From Mantamonas sphyraenae STR306 (Eukaryota; Protista; CRuMs), in NCBI GenBank assembly GCA_026936335.1, contig JAPMXV010000004.1, positions 186,001 to 250,000 on the forward strand: a stretch of DNA of 64,000 nucleotides, given 5' to 3'. Position numbers and translations under genes: made by a program. The notes beneath the pieces are model-generated. The model ran no database searches and was not told the DNA's origin. It worked only from the letters and a program-made list of their open reading frames with translations. Below, piece by piece: positions 34,612 through 44,818 of this stretch; within the stretch, counting starts at the first letter, position 1; every line of letters starts with the position of its first letter.

Positions 34612-37600
34612 ATGGAGGACGAGGAGGAGGAGGTGGCCGCTTCCCAGTCATCCACCAGGGACGAGGATGCCTTTCCGGTGCCTCCGTCTCCGGTCAAGGC
34701 CGTTCACAACACAAAAGGTGCGTCGTGGCTACGGCGGAGCTCCAACGGACCACCGTCGCCTCTGCAGCTGCAACGCCCGACGAGCCAGGTGCGCTTCTCC
34801 TTGTCGCCGCGCCATGCTTCTCAGGAGATGGAGCTGGAGGGCGCAAGCACACAGGAGGAGAGTACACAAGAGTCTGTGGTGTTGTTTACGCAGGATTCAG
34901 AGCCAGGCAACGACATGGTGCAAGCTTCGCCGCGTGTGCTGGACTCGCCTCGAACGAGTGCTCGCTTGCGGCCGCTTCTGGGCGAGCACGGCTTCATGTT
35001 GGGCAATATGGCTGAGTGCCTGGCCCGCAAGGAGCCACAGGTCATGGTGGAGCAGGAGGAGGAACGCACCGCCTTTCCAGACCTGACATACGCGCTGCCG
35101 TTTGCTGATCGCACACGGAGCGACTGGAGCCTGCACACAGGGGCGCTTCTCAATCGCAACCGCGTCAGCGACCGCACCAACAGCTCCGTCAAGATCAGTA
35201 GCATCAACAATGACCAGAAAACAATGCAAACGACACGGTCTGCCTTCTTTGACGAGCAGCGCAAACACGAGAGCCGAGGAGCAGGATCGGCGTCCAAACA
35301 ACGGCGCACACTGGGACACAGAGGATCACACGCTCGCACACGTCTCCATCAACATATGCGAAGGTGTCTGTTGGCTCGCAGGTACCGTGACGAAGACGTC
35401 CACGTGGCACGGCTGGAGGAAGAGGAGGCTGAAGGGGCAGGGCAAGTGCGCGAGGTGGAACAGCGCCTATACACCGCCCTGGGGCCCACTGAACACCCCA
35501 TGGGCACACCAGGCATCCGCAAACTGTTGAGCAATGCCATGATGGTGGAAAAGGCGGAGAGGATTCAGCGGTCCTTGTGGGGCAGCTGTCTGTGCGTGGG
35601 CCGCGGACGAGAAGGCGGCCTCACCATGGCCGTCTCAGCGCCCAACCGCTCCACACTGGGGTGGGAAACGGTAGAGGACGCTGAAGATGGTATGGTCAAT
35701 GCCAACGCCCGCGGGGGGAGATCCACGGGCGAGGACGACGAGGAGGATGACGACGAGGAAGCGAGTCGTCGTCGTCAAGTGAGGCAGGTCGACACGGAAC
35801 GGCACATGTACGTTCCCGGAGGCACTCTTGTACAGTCTCTGAGTGCCGAAATGGCACAACAGGTGTTTGCGGTGCGCACTCGCAACTCGGTGAGCATGGT
35901 GGAATGCGTGGAGAGCGTGTACACCAAGTCGGCATTGCTGGAGCACCTCTGCTTCGACAGCCAGGTGCAGGACGTGGCCATGCACCCACACACACGTAGT
36001 CAGGCTTTGGTGCTGACCGGTGACCAGGGGGTGTACCTGTGGAACGCAGACAGTTGGCAAGCACGATTGCGAACAATCGAAGCCGCAGTACAGGCGCCCC
36101 ACAACGTACAGCTGGCCAACCCGTGGCAAAGGCGACAGGCGCGCTTTTGCCAACATCCCAGCAGTGTATTGGTCATGGAACCGGGCAATGTGCGGCTTGC
36201 AGATCTGCGGCAGCCGTGGGAACAGCGAGCCTCGCTGACAGAGTTGCCTCTCATCGACGACCAGCACTTCACTTGCCTGGCTACACCCAGGTACGAGAAC
36301 TGCAACAGCTTCCACTACGCTTTGGGAAGCTCGCATGCGCTGATGCTCATGGATCAGCGCTACCAGCGAGGTCCGCTGCTTGTGTGGAATCTGCCGCCAC
36401 GATGTGAAGAACCGCGACACGTTGTGATGACACGCGACAGCCACAACGTGGGCTGGCTGTTGGGTATGGGCCTGTACTCGTCCAATGTGGTGTACGGGCA
36501 GTATGCAGGGAGCAACCTCGATGGTGATCGTGTGCTGCAGACGTTTGGATCGCCGCAGCTGTTCCCAGCCTACGGTGACGAGGGCACGCGACACTGGCTA
36601 CAAGATATGCCTGTGCATGGTCTGTCGCCTACAGATTCTCACGGAAAGCTGCTTCTGGGAGGAATCGCAGCTGCAACCGTGGACAACGAACCGTGTCTGC
36701 TCGTGAGCGACCGCCTTGGCCGTACCGTAGAGTCTATTCCCTTGGATCAGGTGCGTACGGGACGTCCCGGACGTCACATGCACGCCGATGCAGGCAGCGG
36801 CCTGCGTGAGCTGTGGCGTTCTCGCGTTGCAAAGACACGCAAACCACAGCCCAGCGTGCCGGTCAAGACGCTGGAGCGGCTTCGCAAACGGGCCATTCGC
36901 GAGATGAGCGACCAGGTGGAGGCACTGCAACAACAGCAGCTTTCTGGGATTCATGCCACGTCGTCCAGGAGCGCAACAACCTCGTCATCTTCATCTTCAT
37001 CTTCATCGTCGTCATCATCGTCATCCACACACGATGGGCAGGTGGAGGCGATTCCGTCGCTGGTGTACCGTCTGAAGAGCCGATTGTTGGTGCGACGGAA
37101 AGAGGTGCTGTTGCTGCTGCAACGGCAGCCGCTGAGTGCGATGGACGTGTTTGACACGCTCGATTTGCTGCCCCTGCAGTCGCATGAACGAGCGCACCTT
37201 CAGCCTTCGATGGAAGAGGCGATGCGTGCGGTGGCCAGCAAGCTTGGGTTCACCGCTCAGGTCAAGCCAGGTCGTCGTGGGCGTGATGGGTCGCAACACG
37301 GAAGTGGAGCTGGGGTCGTGCTGTACACAGTGACCCAAGAAGAGGAGGACCAGTTGTGGCGTCCGGGCGAGGGCGCACACAACGGATTTGACGTGCAGTG
37401 GGCCATGCAGCAGGTGGTGGAGGCCATTGCGCCGAGGAATAGGGACGAGGCACGTGTGCGGCTCGAGATGGAGCACGACGCACGCGTGCAGCAACACGAA
37501 GCACGTGGCGAGCCGGTGCCGCTGCGCATCCATGCACACCGCGTGGTACAACACTGGGGCAAAGAGCCAAGCACACGTCTTCGCTCGCGTATGCACAAGC

Positions 37601-38049
37601 CGCACACACGTGAACAGGAGCTGCAACAGAGCCTGCGAAGACGAAGGGAGCAGCGGCGCAGGCAAACTTCCTCCTCGCAGCCTCCCATGCGCACACATGC
37701 ACGCATGCACACCCCTGGCACAGGAGCAGGTGTGGTCAGCAGCCATCGAGGTGGAGCACATGCCATGAGCGCGACTCAACCGGCACCGTCAGTGGCCACC
37801 ACCCCGCTGGCAAACACACCCAGTTTCTCTCAACCCAACATCACCGCGTCGCCACGAAACATGTTCCGACAGTTTTCGTCGCGCATGGCACAGCCCAAAC
37901 GACGGGCACGTCGTCCAAGTGCGGTGGCGTCTGAAACGGCAGCCGTGCAAGGCAAAACCCCCACGCGCAAGCGCGACCAAAGCGCCGTGCGTCGAGTGGA
38001 AATCAGCAGCGGAGGCAGTGTGAGCAAACGCCAACGCACAGAAAAATAG
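34612..38049 (+). CDS. TAF1C/Rrn6-like RNA polymerase I initiation-factor subunit (beta-propeller)
   Basis: FAVRT, DVAMHPH, and LMLMDQRYQRGPLLVWN (compare the TAF1C motif LxDxRxPxxPxLxWxH), with disordered termini. A small in-frame intron near 35570-35640 cannot be excluded. Confidence 0.62.
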   Translation: MEDEEEEVAASQSSTRDEDAFPVPPSPVKAVHNTKGASWLRRSSNGPPSPLQLQRPTSQVRFSLSPRHASQEMELEGASTQEESTQESVVLFTQDSEPGNDMVQASPRVLDSPRTSARLRPLLGEHGFMLGNMAECLARKEPQVMVEQEEERTAFPDLTYALPFADRTRSDWSLHTGALLNRNRVSDRTNSSVKISSINNDQKTMQTTRSAFFDEQRKHESRGAGSASKQRRTLGHRGSHARTRLHQHMRRCLLARRYRDEDVHVARLEEEEAEGAGQVREVEQRLYTALGPTEHPMGTPGIRKLLSNAMMVEKAERIQRSLWGSCLCVGRGREGGLTMAVSAPNRSTLGWETVEDAEDGMVNANARGGRSTGEDDEEDDDEEASRRRQVRQVDTERHMYVPGGTLVQSLSAEMAQQVFAVRTRNSVSMVECVESVYTKSALLEHLCFDSQVQDVAMHPHTRSQALVLTGDQGVYLWNADSWQARLRTIEAAVQAPHNVQLANPWQRRQARFCQHPSSVLVMEPGNVRLADLRQPWEQRASLTELPLIDDQHFTCLATPRYENCNSFHYALGSSHALMLMDQRYQRGPLLVWNLPPRCEEPRHVVMTRDSHNVGWLLGMGLYSSNVVYGQYAGSNLDGDRVLQTFGSPQLFPAYGDEGTRHWLQDMPVHGLSPTDSHGKLLLGGIAAATVDNEPCLLVSDRLGRTVESIPLDQVRTGRPGRHMHADAGSGLRELWRSRVAKTRKPQPSVPVKTLERLRKRAIREMSDQVEALQQQQLSGIHATSSRSATTSSSSSSSSSSSSSSSTHDGQVEAIPSLVYRLKSRLLVRRKEVLLLLQRQPLSAMDVFDTLDLLPLQSHERAHLQPSMEEAMRAVASKLGFTAQVKPGRRGRDGSQHGSGAGVVLYTVTQEEEDQLWRPGEGAHNGFDVQWAMQQVVEAIAPRNRDEARVRLEMEHDARVQQHEARGEPVPLRIHAHRVVQHWGKEPSTRLRSRMHKPHTREQELQQSLRRRREQRRRQTSSSQPPMRTHARMHTPGTGAGVVSSHRGGAHAMSATQPAPSVATTPLANTPSFSQPNITASPRNMFRQFSSRMAQPKRRARRPSAVASETAAVQGKTPTRKRDQSAVRRVEISSGGSVSKRQRTEK

Positions 38050-38059
38050 ACGCTGCGAG

Positions 38060-39514
38060 ATGGAACGAGCAGACGACGAAAATGAAGCGTCTTCCGTCCA
38101 GCTGCTCGATCTTCCAGGCGAGCTGTTGGCCATGGTGGGCATGCAGGTATTGCGTGGTGCCGGTGTGGCAGACCTGTTGGCGTTGTCGTCCTGTTGTCAC
38201 AGGCTACGCACGCTGTTGTTTGACGACAACCATTTCTGGGTGGAAGCAAATCCGGCGTGGCTGGTCTCCGGCACATACCTTGTGAGCATGTCCAAGGACA
38301 GGCGTGTGCGGCTGCGTGGGGAGGCAGTGCAACGTGCAGCCGCGCTGAGTCCTGATGGGACACTTGCACGCAGCGCACAGTACGCGTGGCGTGGTCGAGA
38401 ACGTGAAGCAAACGCACTCGTGAGTCCACGCGTGTTCAAAGCGCACACCTCGACGGTGGAGCGCATGACGTGGCTGAGTGGCGACAGACTTGCCACAGCA
38501 AGCTCTGACGGGTCGCTGGCTGTGTGGGACGCCGACATTCTGCAGCCTGCGGAGCAGGGGCAAGAGTCGGCAGACGTCGCTGAAGAATCGATCCGCGACG
38601 GCTCCCCTGCCGTGACGCAGAGGTGGCAATGGGGAGGGCGATGCGTCGGCGTAACCTCGGTGCGCAACAGGATGGCAGGCGACACTCTGTACGCCTGCAA
38701 CGCGGATGGAAGGCTGGGAGGGTGGCACGTGGCGTCGGACACACGTGCAGAGGTGCAAGGCAGCACCACGGCACTGAACGCCATCACACAGGTCGATCAC
38801 GGCACAGCCATTGTCACGGGGGGCAAGGATCGCATGCTGCGTGTTTGGTCATCGGAGCTTGAGCTTCTCCTCACCGTGCCAGCCCACAGGGGGTCGGTGT
38901 GGGATCTGCAGCCTGTCGTGGGCTTTCCCCAATGTGTGCTATCCACCAGTTACGACCGCACCGTTGCATTGTGGGATCTACGGACCCCGGAACAGCCTGT
39001 GGGGGTCTTTCTGGGCCATCGCGGGACCGTCAACGTGGCACGCATGACCAGCCACTGGCACCTGCTGTCGGCTGGCAACGAGCTTGTTCAGTGGGACATG
39101 CGACTCAATGGCACCCACACACAGCGCATCCGTGGCAGAGACACTCCCGTGTCCAATGCCTGCCTTCACCTCCACGACCGCGCCCACAAGGACTCCATTC
39201 TGAGTCTCCACGTCGATCCTGTGCGTCGCCGTGCCTACACAGGCGCCTTTGACAACTGCCTGTTGGTGTGGCACATGGATGGCAGCCACATGGAGGCTGT
39301 GCATGCCCTCAACTGCAACGAGAAAACCCTTCAACCCATCAAAGCCCATGCACAAGGGTTCAAGCACCAGGGCAACATTGTCGCCGTGTCCACATCGCTC
39401 ACGGCCTCTCTGCGCCAGAGCTACAGCACGCCTGCGTGCATCACAAGCTGTGGCGACGCTGTTCTGGTTGGAGCCACCGATGCCACCGTCACCCTTCTCG
39501 ATCACCATCTGTGA
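38060..39514 (+). CDS. F-box/WD40 protein
   Basis: F-box LLDLPGELLAMV...DLLALSSCCHRLRTLL followed by about 7 WD40 repeats (AH...LATASSDGSLAVWD, STSYDRTVALWD). Confidence 0.9.
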   Translation: MERADDENEASSVQLLDLPGELLAMVGMQVLRGAGVADLLALSSCCHRLRTLLFDDNHFWVEANPAWLVSGTYLVSMSKDRRVRLRGEAVQRAAALSPDGTLARSAQYAWRGREREANALVSPRVFKAHTSTVERMTWLSGDRLATASSDGSLAVWDADILQPAEQGQESADVAEESIRDGSPAVTQRWQWGGRCVGVTSVRNRMAGDTLYACNADGRLGGWHVASDTRAEVQGSTTALNAITQVDHGTAIVTGGKDRMLRVWSSELELLLTVPAHRGSVWDLQPVVGFPQCVLSTSYDRTVALWDLRTPEQPVGVFLGHRGTVNVARMTSHWHLLSAGNELVQWDMRLNGTHTQRIRGRDTPVSNACLHLHDRAHKDSILSLHVDPVRRRAYTGAFDNCLLVWHMDGSHMEAVHALNCNEKTLQPIKAHAQGFKHQGNIVAVSTSLTASLRQSYSTPACITSCGDAVLVGATDATVTLLDHHL

Positions 39515-39546
39515 CCAATATGAACATTATGAAACACTTCTCCACT

Positions 39547-40292
39547 TTACTTGCGTCCCCTCCTGCCTCGCTTGGGCTTCACCTTCTTCGCTTTGCCTCC
39601 TCCGTTGCCCTGGTTCTGCCCGCCGCCGCCGCCGCCGCCGCCGCCCTTCTTCCCGCCGGCCCCAGTCGTCTGTTGGTTGCCGCCGCCCTTGTATGACTTT
39701 GCCAGCGCCTGCATCAGCGTGTACTCTGGCGTATACCGTGGGTGACGATGACGTGCGTGTTAGCTCTCCGTGTCCTCTGGCCTGCGAGAGAGGGTCCACC
39801 CGCCCGCTCGCCTCCTTCCCCCTCAACTCACTGTTCGTGATCTCTTCGTTGTGCAGCTTGCCTTGTGCGTCTTTGATTTGAATGCGCACACGGCCCTTCA
39901 TCGTTGTGTCCTTGCTGTACAGCTTCTCCCCCTGTGTGTGTGTGCGTGGAGTCGCCTGTCCGTGTCAGCCACGTGGCCAACCAATGCGCAAACACTCTCT
40001 GCCCTCTTCCTCCTCCCTTCCATGCCATCTTCAACCCCCTCCCCCGTTCCAACCTGCCACACGGTTCATGCAGCCTGTGTTGGTCCCGTCCTCTCCCAAC
40101 CCATGCACTCGCACTCACCTCGTAGACGCTCGGGAGGCCCAGCAACTCCGCCGTCTTGTGAATGTTGGCTGCCGCAGGGTTGTCCACTGCCGTTTCCAGT
40201 CCGATGCGACGTCCCTGCTTCAACGTCTTGCCCTTGTGGATGTACACCGGGTAGATGGTCAGATAGGTCTTGTCTACTTCCGCGGAGGACAT
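39547..40292 (-). CDS. SRP19: Signal recognition particle 19 kDa protein; exons 40292-40119, 39931-39832, 39725-39547
   Basis: TIYPVYIHKGKTLKQGRRI...AVDNP, E|GEKLYSKD..KGRVRIQIK, K/G-rich tail ending in TAA. Both introns start GTGAGT. Alternative ATG at 40319. Confidence 0.93.
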
Positions 40293-40319
40293 CTGTGTGT
40301 CGGAAATTGTTGGCTTCAT

Positions 40320-43300
40320 TCAGGCGTTCGCATCGATCGACTGGAACCGCTCGTCCACCTCCAGCCCATCCTCGGCAACGCTCTCTGTGCTGTGGAGTTC
40401 GTCCACTGTGCGTTGCAACAGTCCTGCCACCAGCTGCACTCCCGTCAGCCTCAGCGAGTCGGGTGTTGCTTGCTGCATCGCTCCACCTTGCAGCGCAGAC
40501 TCAAATTCCTTGGCTTTGCTGCCCAGCTCCATGCAGATGGCCAGAAACGCAGCATGGTCCTTGGGTTTGAGTTTGGTCAGCAACTGGCCGTTCACAAGCA
40601 CCGCCGTGGTGCTGTTGTGCGTTTCAAACTGTTTTTGCAGCTTTGCCAGAGCCACAGCGTCACTCTCGTCCACCCCCTCCTTGGTCTTGCGCCGAATTTG
40701 CTGCAATTGCTGCCTGCACTTGCGCAGGTGATCGTGGCACGCGTCCACCATGGCCATCTGCAGCAGCAGGTGCTTCAGCTCCAGAAAGTGTTGCCACACC
40801 ACCGTGATCTTTGACACTGTGCGCGTCTGCATGTCTTGGCGCAAGTCTGTTTCAAACACGGGATTCTTGATCATGTTCACCAACGTGCCCACAGAGCTCT
40901 TCAGCGTCTCTACAACCCCCGACAGGCCGCTGCGCAGCATGGACGAGTGCTGCTTTGTCAGAATGTGCACACACGACACAAACTCGCTCGTCTGCTCCGA
41001 CACAAGGTCCACCAATCCGTACAGCGTGCCCGTCATCTCCACTTGCCACTCACGAACCAGCTGCACCAAAAACACCAGCGACGCACGCATGTCCTCGCTG
41101 CCCCGTTTCGCAAGCTCGCTCGCTGCCTCTGCAGACTCCAGCAGTGCCGCACGCGCCTCCTTCTTCTGCAGCTGCACCAAAAAGAATGCCTCTGCGTCCC
41201 ACGGCATCTCTTGCGACAGCTCCCCGAGCTCGCTGTCGTCCAATCCCTCCATCTGTGCCAGGTCCGCCGCTTCCCGCAACCCGTCCACATCCAGCGAGTC
41301 CATCCCCTCGCCCAGGCCGCGACTACTGCTGCTTGAGCTGCCTGCGTTGCTGCTGCTCGAACTGCTGCTGCTTGAGCTGCTGCTGCTGCTTGAGCTGCTC
41401 CCGCCACCGTCGTCGCCGCCGCTGCCAAGGCCGCGCTGCTTTGCCCATCCTCCCACACTGCTCGACGACGACGATGACGTGGTCGACGTGAAGCTGTCGC
41501 CAGACGACGACCGCCTGCTGGACGCCTCTCCGTCCCCGACCAAGGTCTTTCCCGACGTCTGCCGCCTCAGTATGCCGTGGGTTTCTGCTGCAGCCGGTGC
41601 CGGTGCACTTGGCTTGACCAGGCTCTCGTCCAGATCGCCTTGCACCGTGACGTCGTCGTCCTCAGTTGCGTCGTCGTCGTTGGCTGCACTTGCCCCGTCT
41701 ACGGACGACGAGCCAATGCTCCCTGGCGTGCTTGTGCCCGACGGGATGTCCTCCACGTCGACCTTGCCCAGCCGCGCTGCAGTGCCCGCCTGGCCCTGTC
41801 CCATGGGCTCCACTTTGCTCTCTGTTGTTTGCACAAATTCAATGTGCACCGTCGTGTTGGTGGTGATTGTGTGCAGGCTGCCGCCCTGTACACGAAACTC
41901 GCTGTTTGTGTCACTCAGTGTCATCTCGGACCGTTTTGTCTCCACCAACGCCCCGTCCGGCTGCACACTCTTGTCCACTTGGTACTCCATGCTTCCTTGC
42001 CTGTCTGCGTACGGTTGCTTCCCTTTCACCGCGGTTCCAACATCGCTTCCACTCGCATCTTGCCACATCTGCAGCTCGCCATCGCCATCCGTTCCTACCA
42101 TCGAGGGCACGGGTGACGTTGACTTGGACTCCATCTCGCTGTGGCTGGAAGCCATGGCTGCGATTTCGCGGTGCGAGATCCCTCCGCTCCCGTTGCTGTC
42201 CGTGCTGCTTGTGCGCCTGCGGCGCACCGAGTCTGCCTGTCGCTGCATGTCCAGCTGTGCCGCCATGCGTGCGTCCCGTTTGACCACCAGGTCGTGCAGG
42301 ATGTCTGAAATCGTGTCGGACTCCAGAGTGTACAGCGTGATGTTTTCCGCCACATCCATCACGAAAAAATCCACACGAGCCACCCATCGCTTCAGCGACG
42401 ACAAAGGGTATCTTTTCATCGGCGTGTGCTTGCTGAACGGATACGCCATGATCAGCTCGTCTTCCCGCACCCCCAGAATCGCCTTTTCGAACTGTTTGTT
42501 CGCCTTGTCAATCAGCTGCCGCACCTCAAACTGGTGGTCTGTGTGCAGGCACTTGTTGCGGATGACGGCCAAGTAGCGCCACTTGGCCTCCTCCTCGCTC
42601 AGGCGCCGGATGCTCTGGTGTGTGCTGAGGATGTCTCGTTCCAAATTTGGCACAGAAACCCACTCGGGCGGCACAAACTCGTCCAGGTTGCCCGTGAGAA
42701 ATCCCAACGTGTGGACAGCCGTGTCATGCGGCCCACAATCGGCGTGCATCTGCAACGCCGCAGCCAGGATGAGCTGCTCGTCCGTGGGGAGCACGTTCTC
42801 CTGGCCGTTGATGAACGACGTGACCACATCGTTGTACTGCGTGTCCAGGTCCACAACATCGGCATCGAACGACGCATCCAAAGCTTGGATGCGCCAGTGG
42901 AAGTACAGGTGAGTGTTGGGTGCCACGTTGTAATCCAGCAGCGTTTTGTGCTCGTCCAGCTCGGTTTCCTTCTCTGTTTCCGAATCCAAGGAGATGTACA
43001 GCCCTTTGGCATCCTCGCCAACCTTGTCACATACAAACTGCGGGTTCAAAGGGGAAGTGTGGCCGTGTGTGTGTGTGTGAGTAAGTCTGTGCAAACCTGT
43101 GCCTCGCTCCAGAACGTCCGGGAACCCAGGCTACCGGTCGGCCAGGGTTGCACACAACTCACCTGCAGCAGCTGGGCGACAGTCAAGGTCAGGTCAATGA
43201 GCAGGCGATAGCCTTGCTTCTCTTCACGGAAGAAGCAGTTGACGGTGGTGTATCTGTGGCGCACAACCATGGTGCACTGCAGATGCGAGGGGCAGCAGGG

Positions 43301-44745
43301 CGACATTGAGTGAGCGAAACGGAATCCAAGGTGGCACAATGTGTGCAATGTGTGTGTGACAGAGCGGCGGCAGCCGGGGCGGGGCGGGAGAAGCTGAAGA
43401 AAGGCCGCGAAGAATGGACGGGCGACCAGAGGCTGACACTTACGACGGCACCGAGGGGCAGCTCTTTCAGGAGGGTGTCTGAGGGACAGTAGGCGTGTTG
43501 CAATTCCATGTTGTGCATGGTGTATATAAGCGGGTTCTGTGCGGCGCTGAAGCGCTGGTAGTGCAGCACGGCCACTTTTTCGCCGTGCGGAAGCCCAGGC
43601 AGCATCCGGCCAAGGCGCGTGAGCACGTCGCGCACCGTGTTGCCGTCCCTTTCCACGCTCATCTGTACATTGCGCTGGTATGGTGCCATGCGCACGTGGA
43701 TGTTGACCAGCACGGGGTCCAAACCCGTGAAGGAGGTCTGCGGAAGGATGAGGGTCAGCGCGCGACAAAGAAATGGGCAAAGGGCAATCTGAAAGCATGC
43801 AGACGTGACACAACAATGCTTGGAATCGCTGCACAAATGCATGGACATGCACCATGGACCCCGATTGGGGGCCGGGGATACTGATGGAACGCGGTGGCGC
43901 GCCCGGAGTGCCCTTGCCGAAAAAGGCCAGTGGGAACCGCCGTGGCAAGGAGACGTGAAGCACGGACCGGACGAGCGCCTCCAAGGGATGTCCCGAGTGT
44001 GTCTGTGCACGTAGAGCGCATGTGAAATCTCGCTGGGGCAGCATGCAGCCATGTGCAATGGACAGGAGTTTTGCGCGGGAGAGGGTCGCGGGTCACTTCA
44101 ACCCCACACGCCGTGGCGGCGGCGGTCCGTGGCCCGCCGCTGGGCCACGACGCACCACGGATGCAAACTTACCACCAGTCGGACATGGTCAAACTCGTTG
44201 TTCAGATCTTCGGCCACGAGGGCATTGATGCGCGTGCACCCGGTCATGTCCAGCTCCTGAAGGCGCGGCAGACCGCGAAGCACAGCCCTGAAGCCGTCCG
44301 CCGTCACGTTTGGGAAGCCCCGACACAGCAGCTGGCGACAGTGGTCCAACTTGCCACTCTTGACCAGCGCCACTAGGCGCGTGTCGTCCAACCATGTCAC
44401 CGCTTCCTCGTTGCTGTCCTCGTCTCGTGCCAGGCTGCGCTGCACCAGGGCAAACACGTCCACTGACCACCACAGCCTGAACCGTGCGTCGTCACCGTCC
44501 TCATCCTCGTCCTGCACCCCGCCAGCAGCCAATGTCGTGTTTGTGTGTGCATCTGCGCCTCCCTTGCCTTGCGCTTCTGCACGTGCCAGCCCCTCTGCGT
44601 TGGCGGCCGTCAACACACGCAGCTGCCGCGATACCTGCGCCAGTGCCATCAGGTCCACAAACTGCAATTTGTGCAACACTGCCAACCACACCTCCTCAGG
44701 CAATCCAAGCCAGTCTGGAGGTGAATCCCGGCCTGTCTGACTCAT
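40320..44745 (-). CDS. Predicted 1,282-aa F-box/LRR - ubiquitin-like - talin-type FERM - helical-bundle protein; exons 44745-44173, 44002-43853, 43737-43444, 43276-43163, 43037-40320
   Basis: F-box WLGLPEEVWLAVLHKL...LAQVSRQLR, LRR (LPRLQELDMTGC), FERM F2/F3 resembling the talin head (AALQMHADCGPHDTAVHTLGFL, LSEEEAKWRY, ILGV, LSSLKRW). Four phase-0 introns join all parts in frame. Domains are well supported; the single-gene fusion is less certain. Confidence 0.7.
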
Positions 44746-44818
44746 GGCACTGTGTTTTTAATTTTTTGAGGGGACCGGCGCATGCTCTGCTCACCACACT
44801 TCCCATCACCCAAACCCA

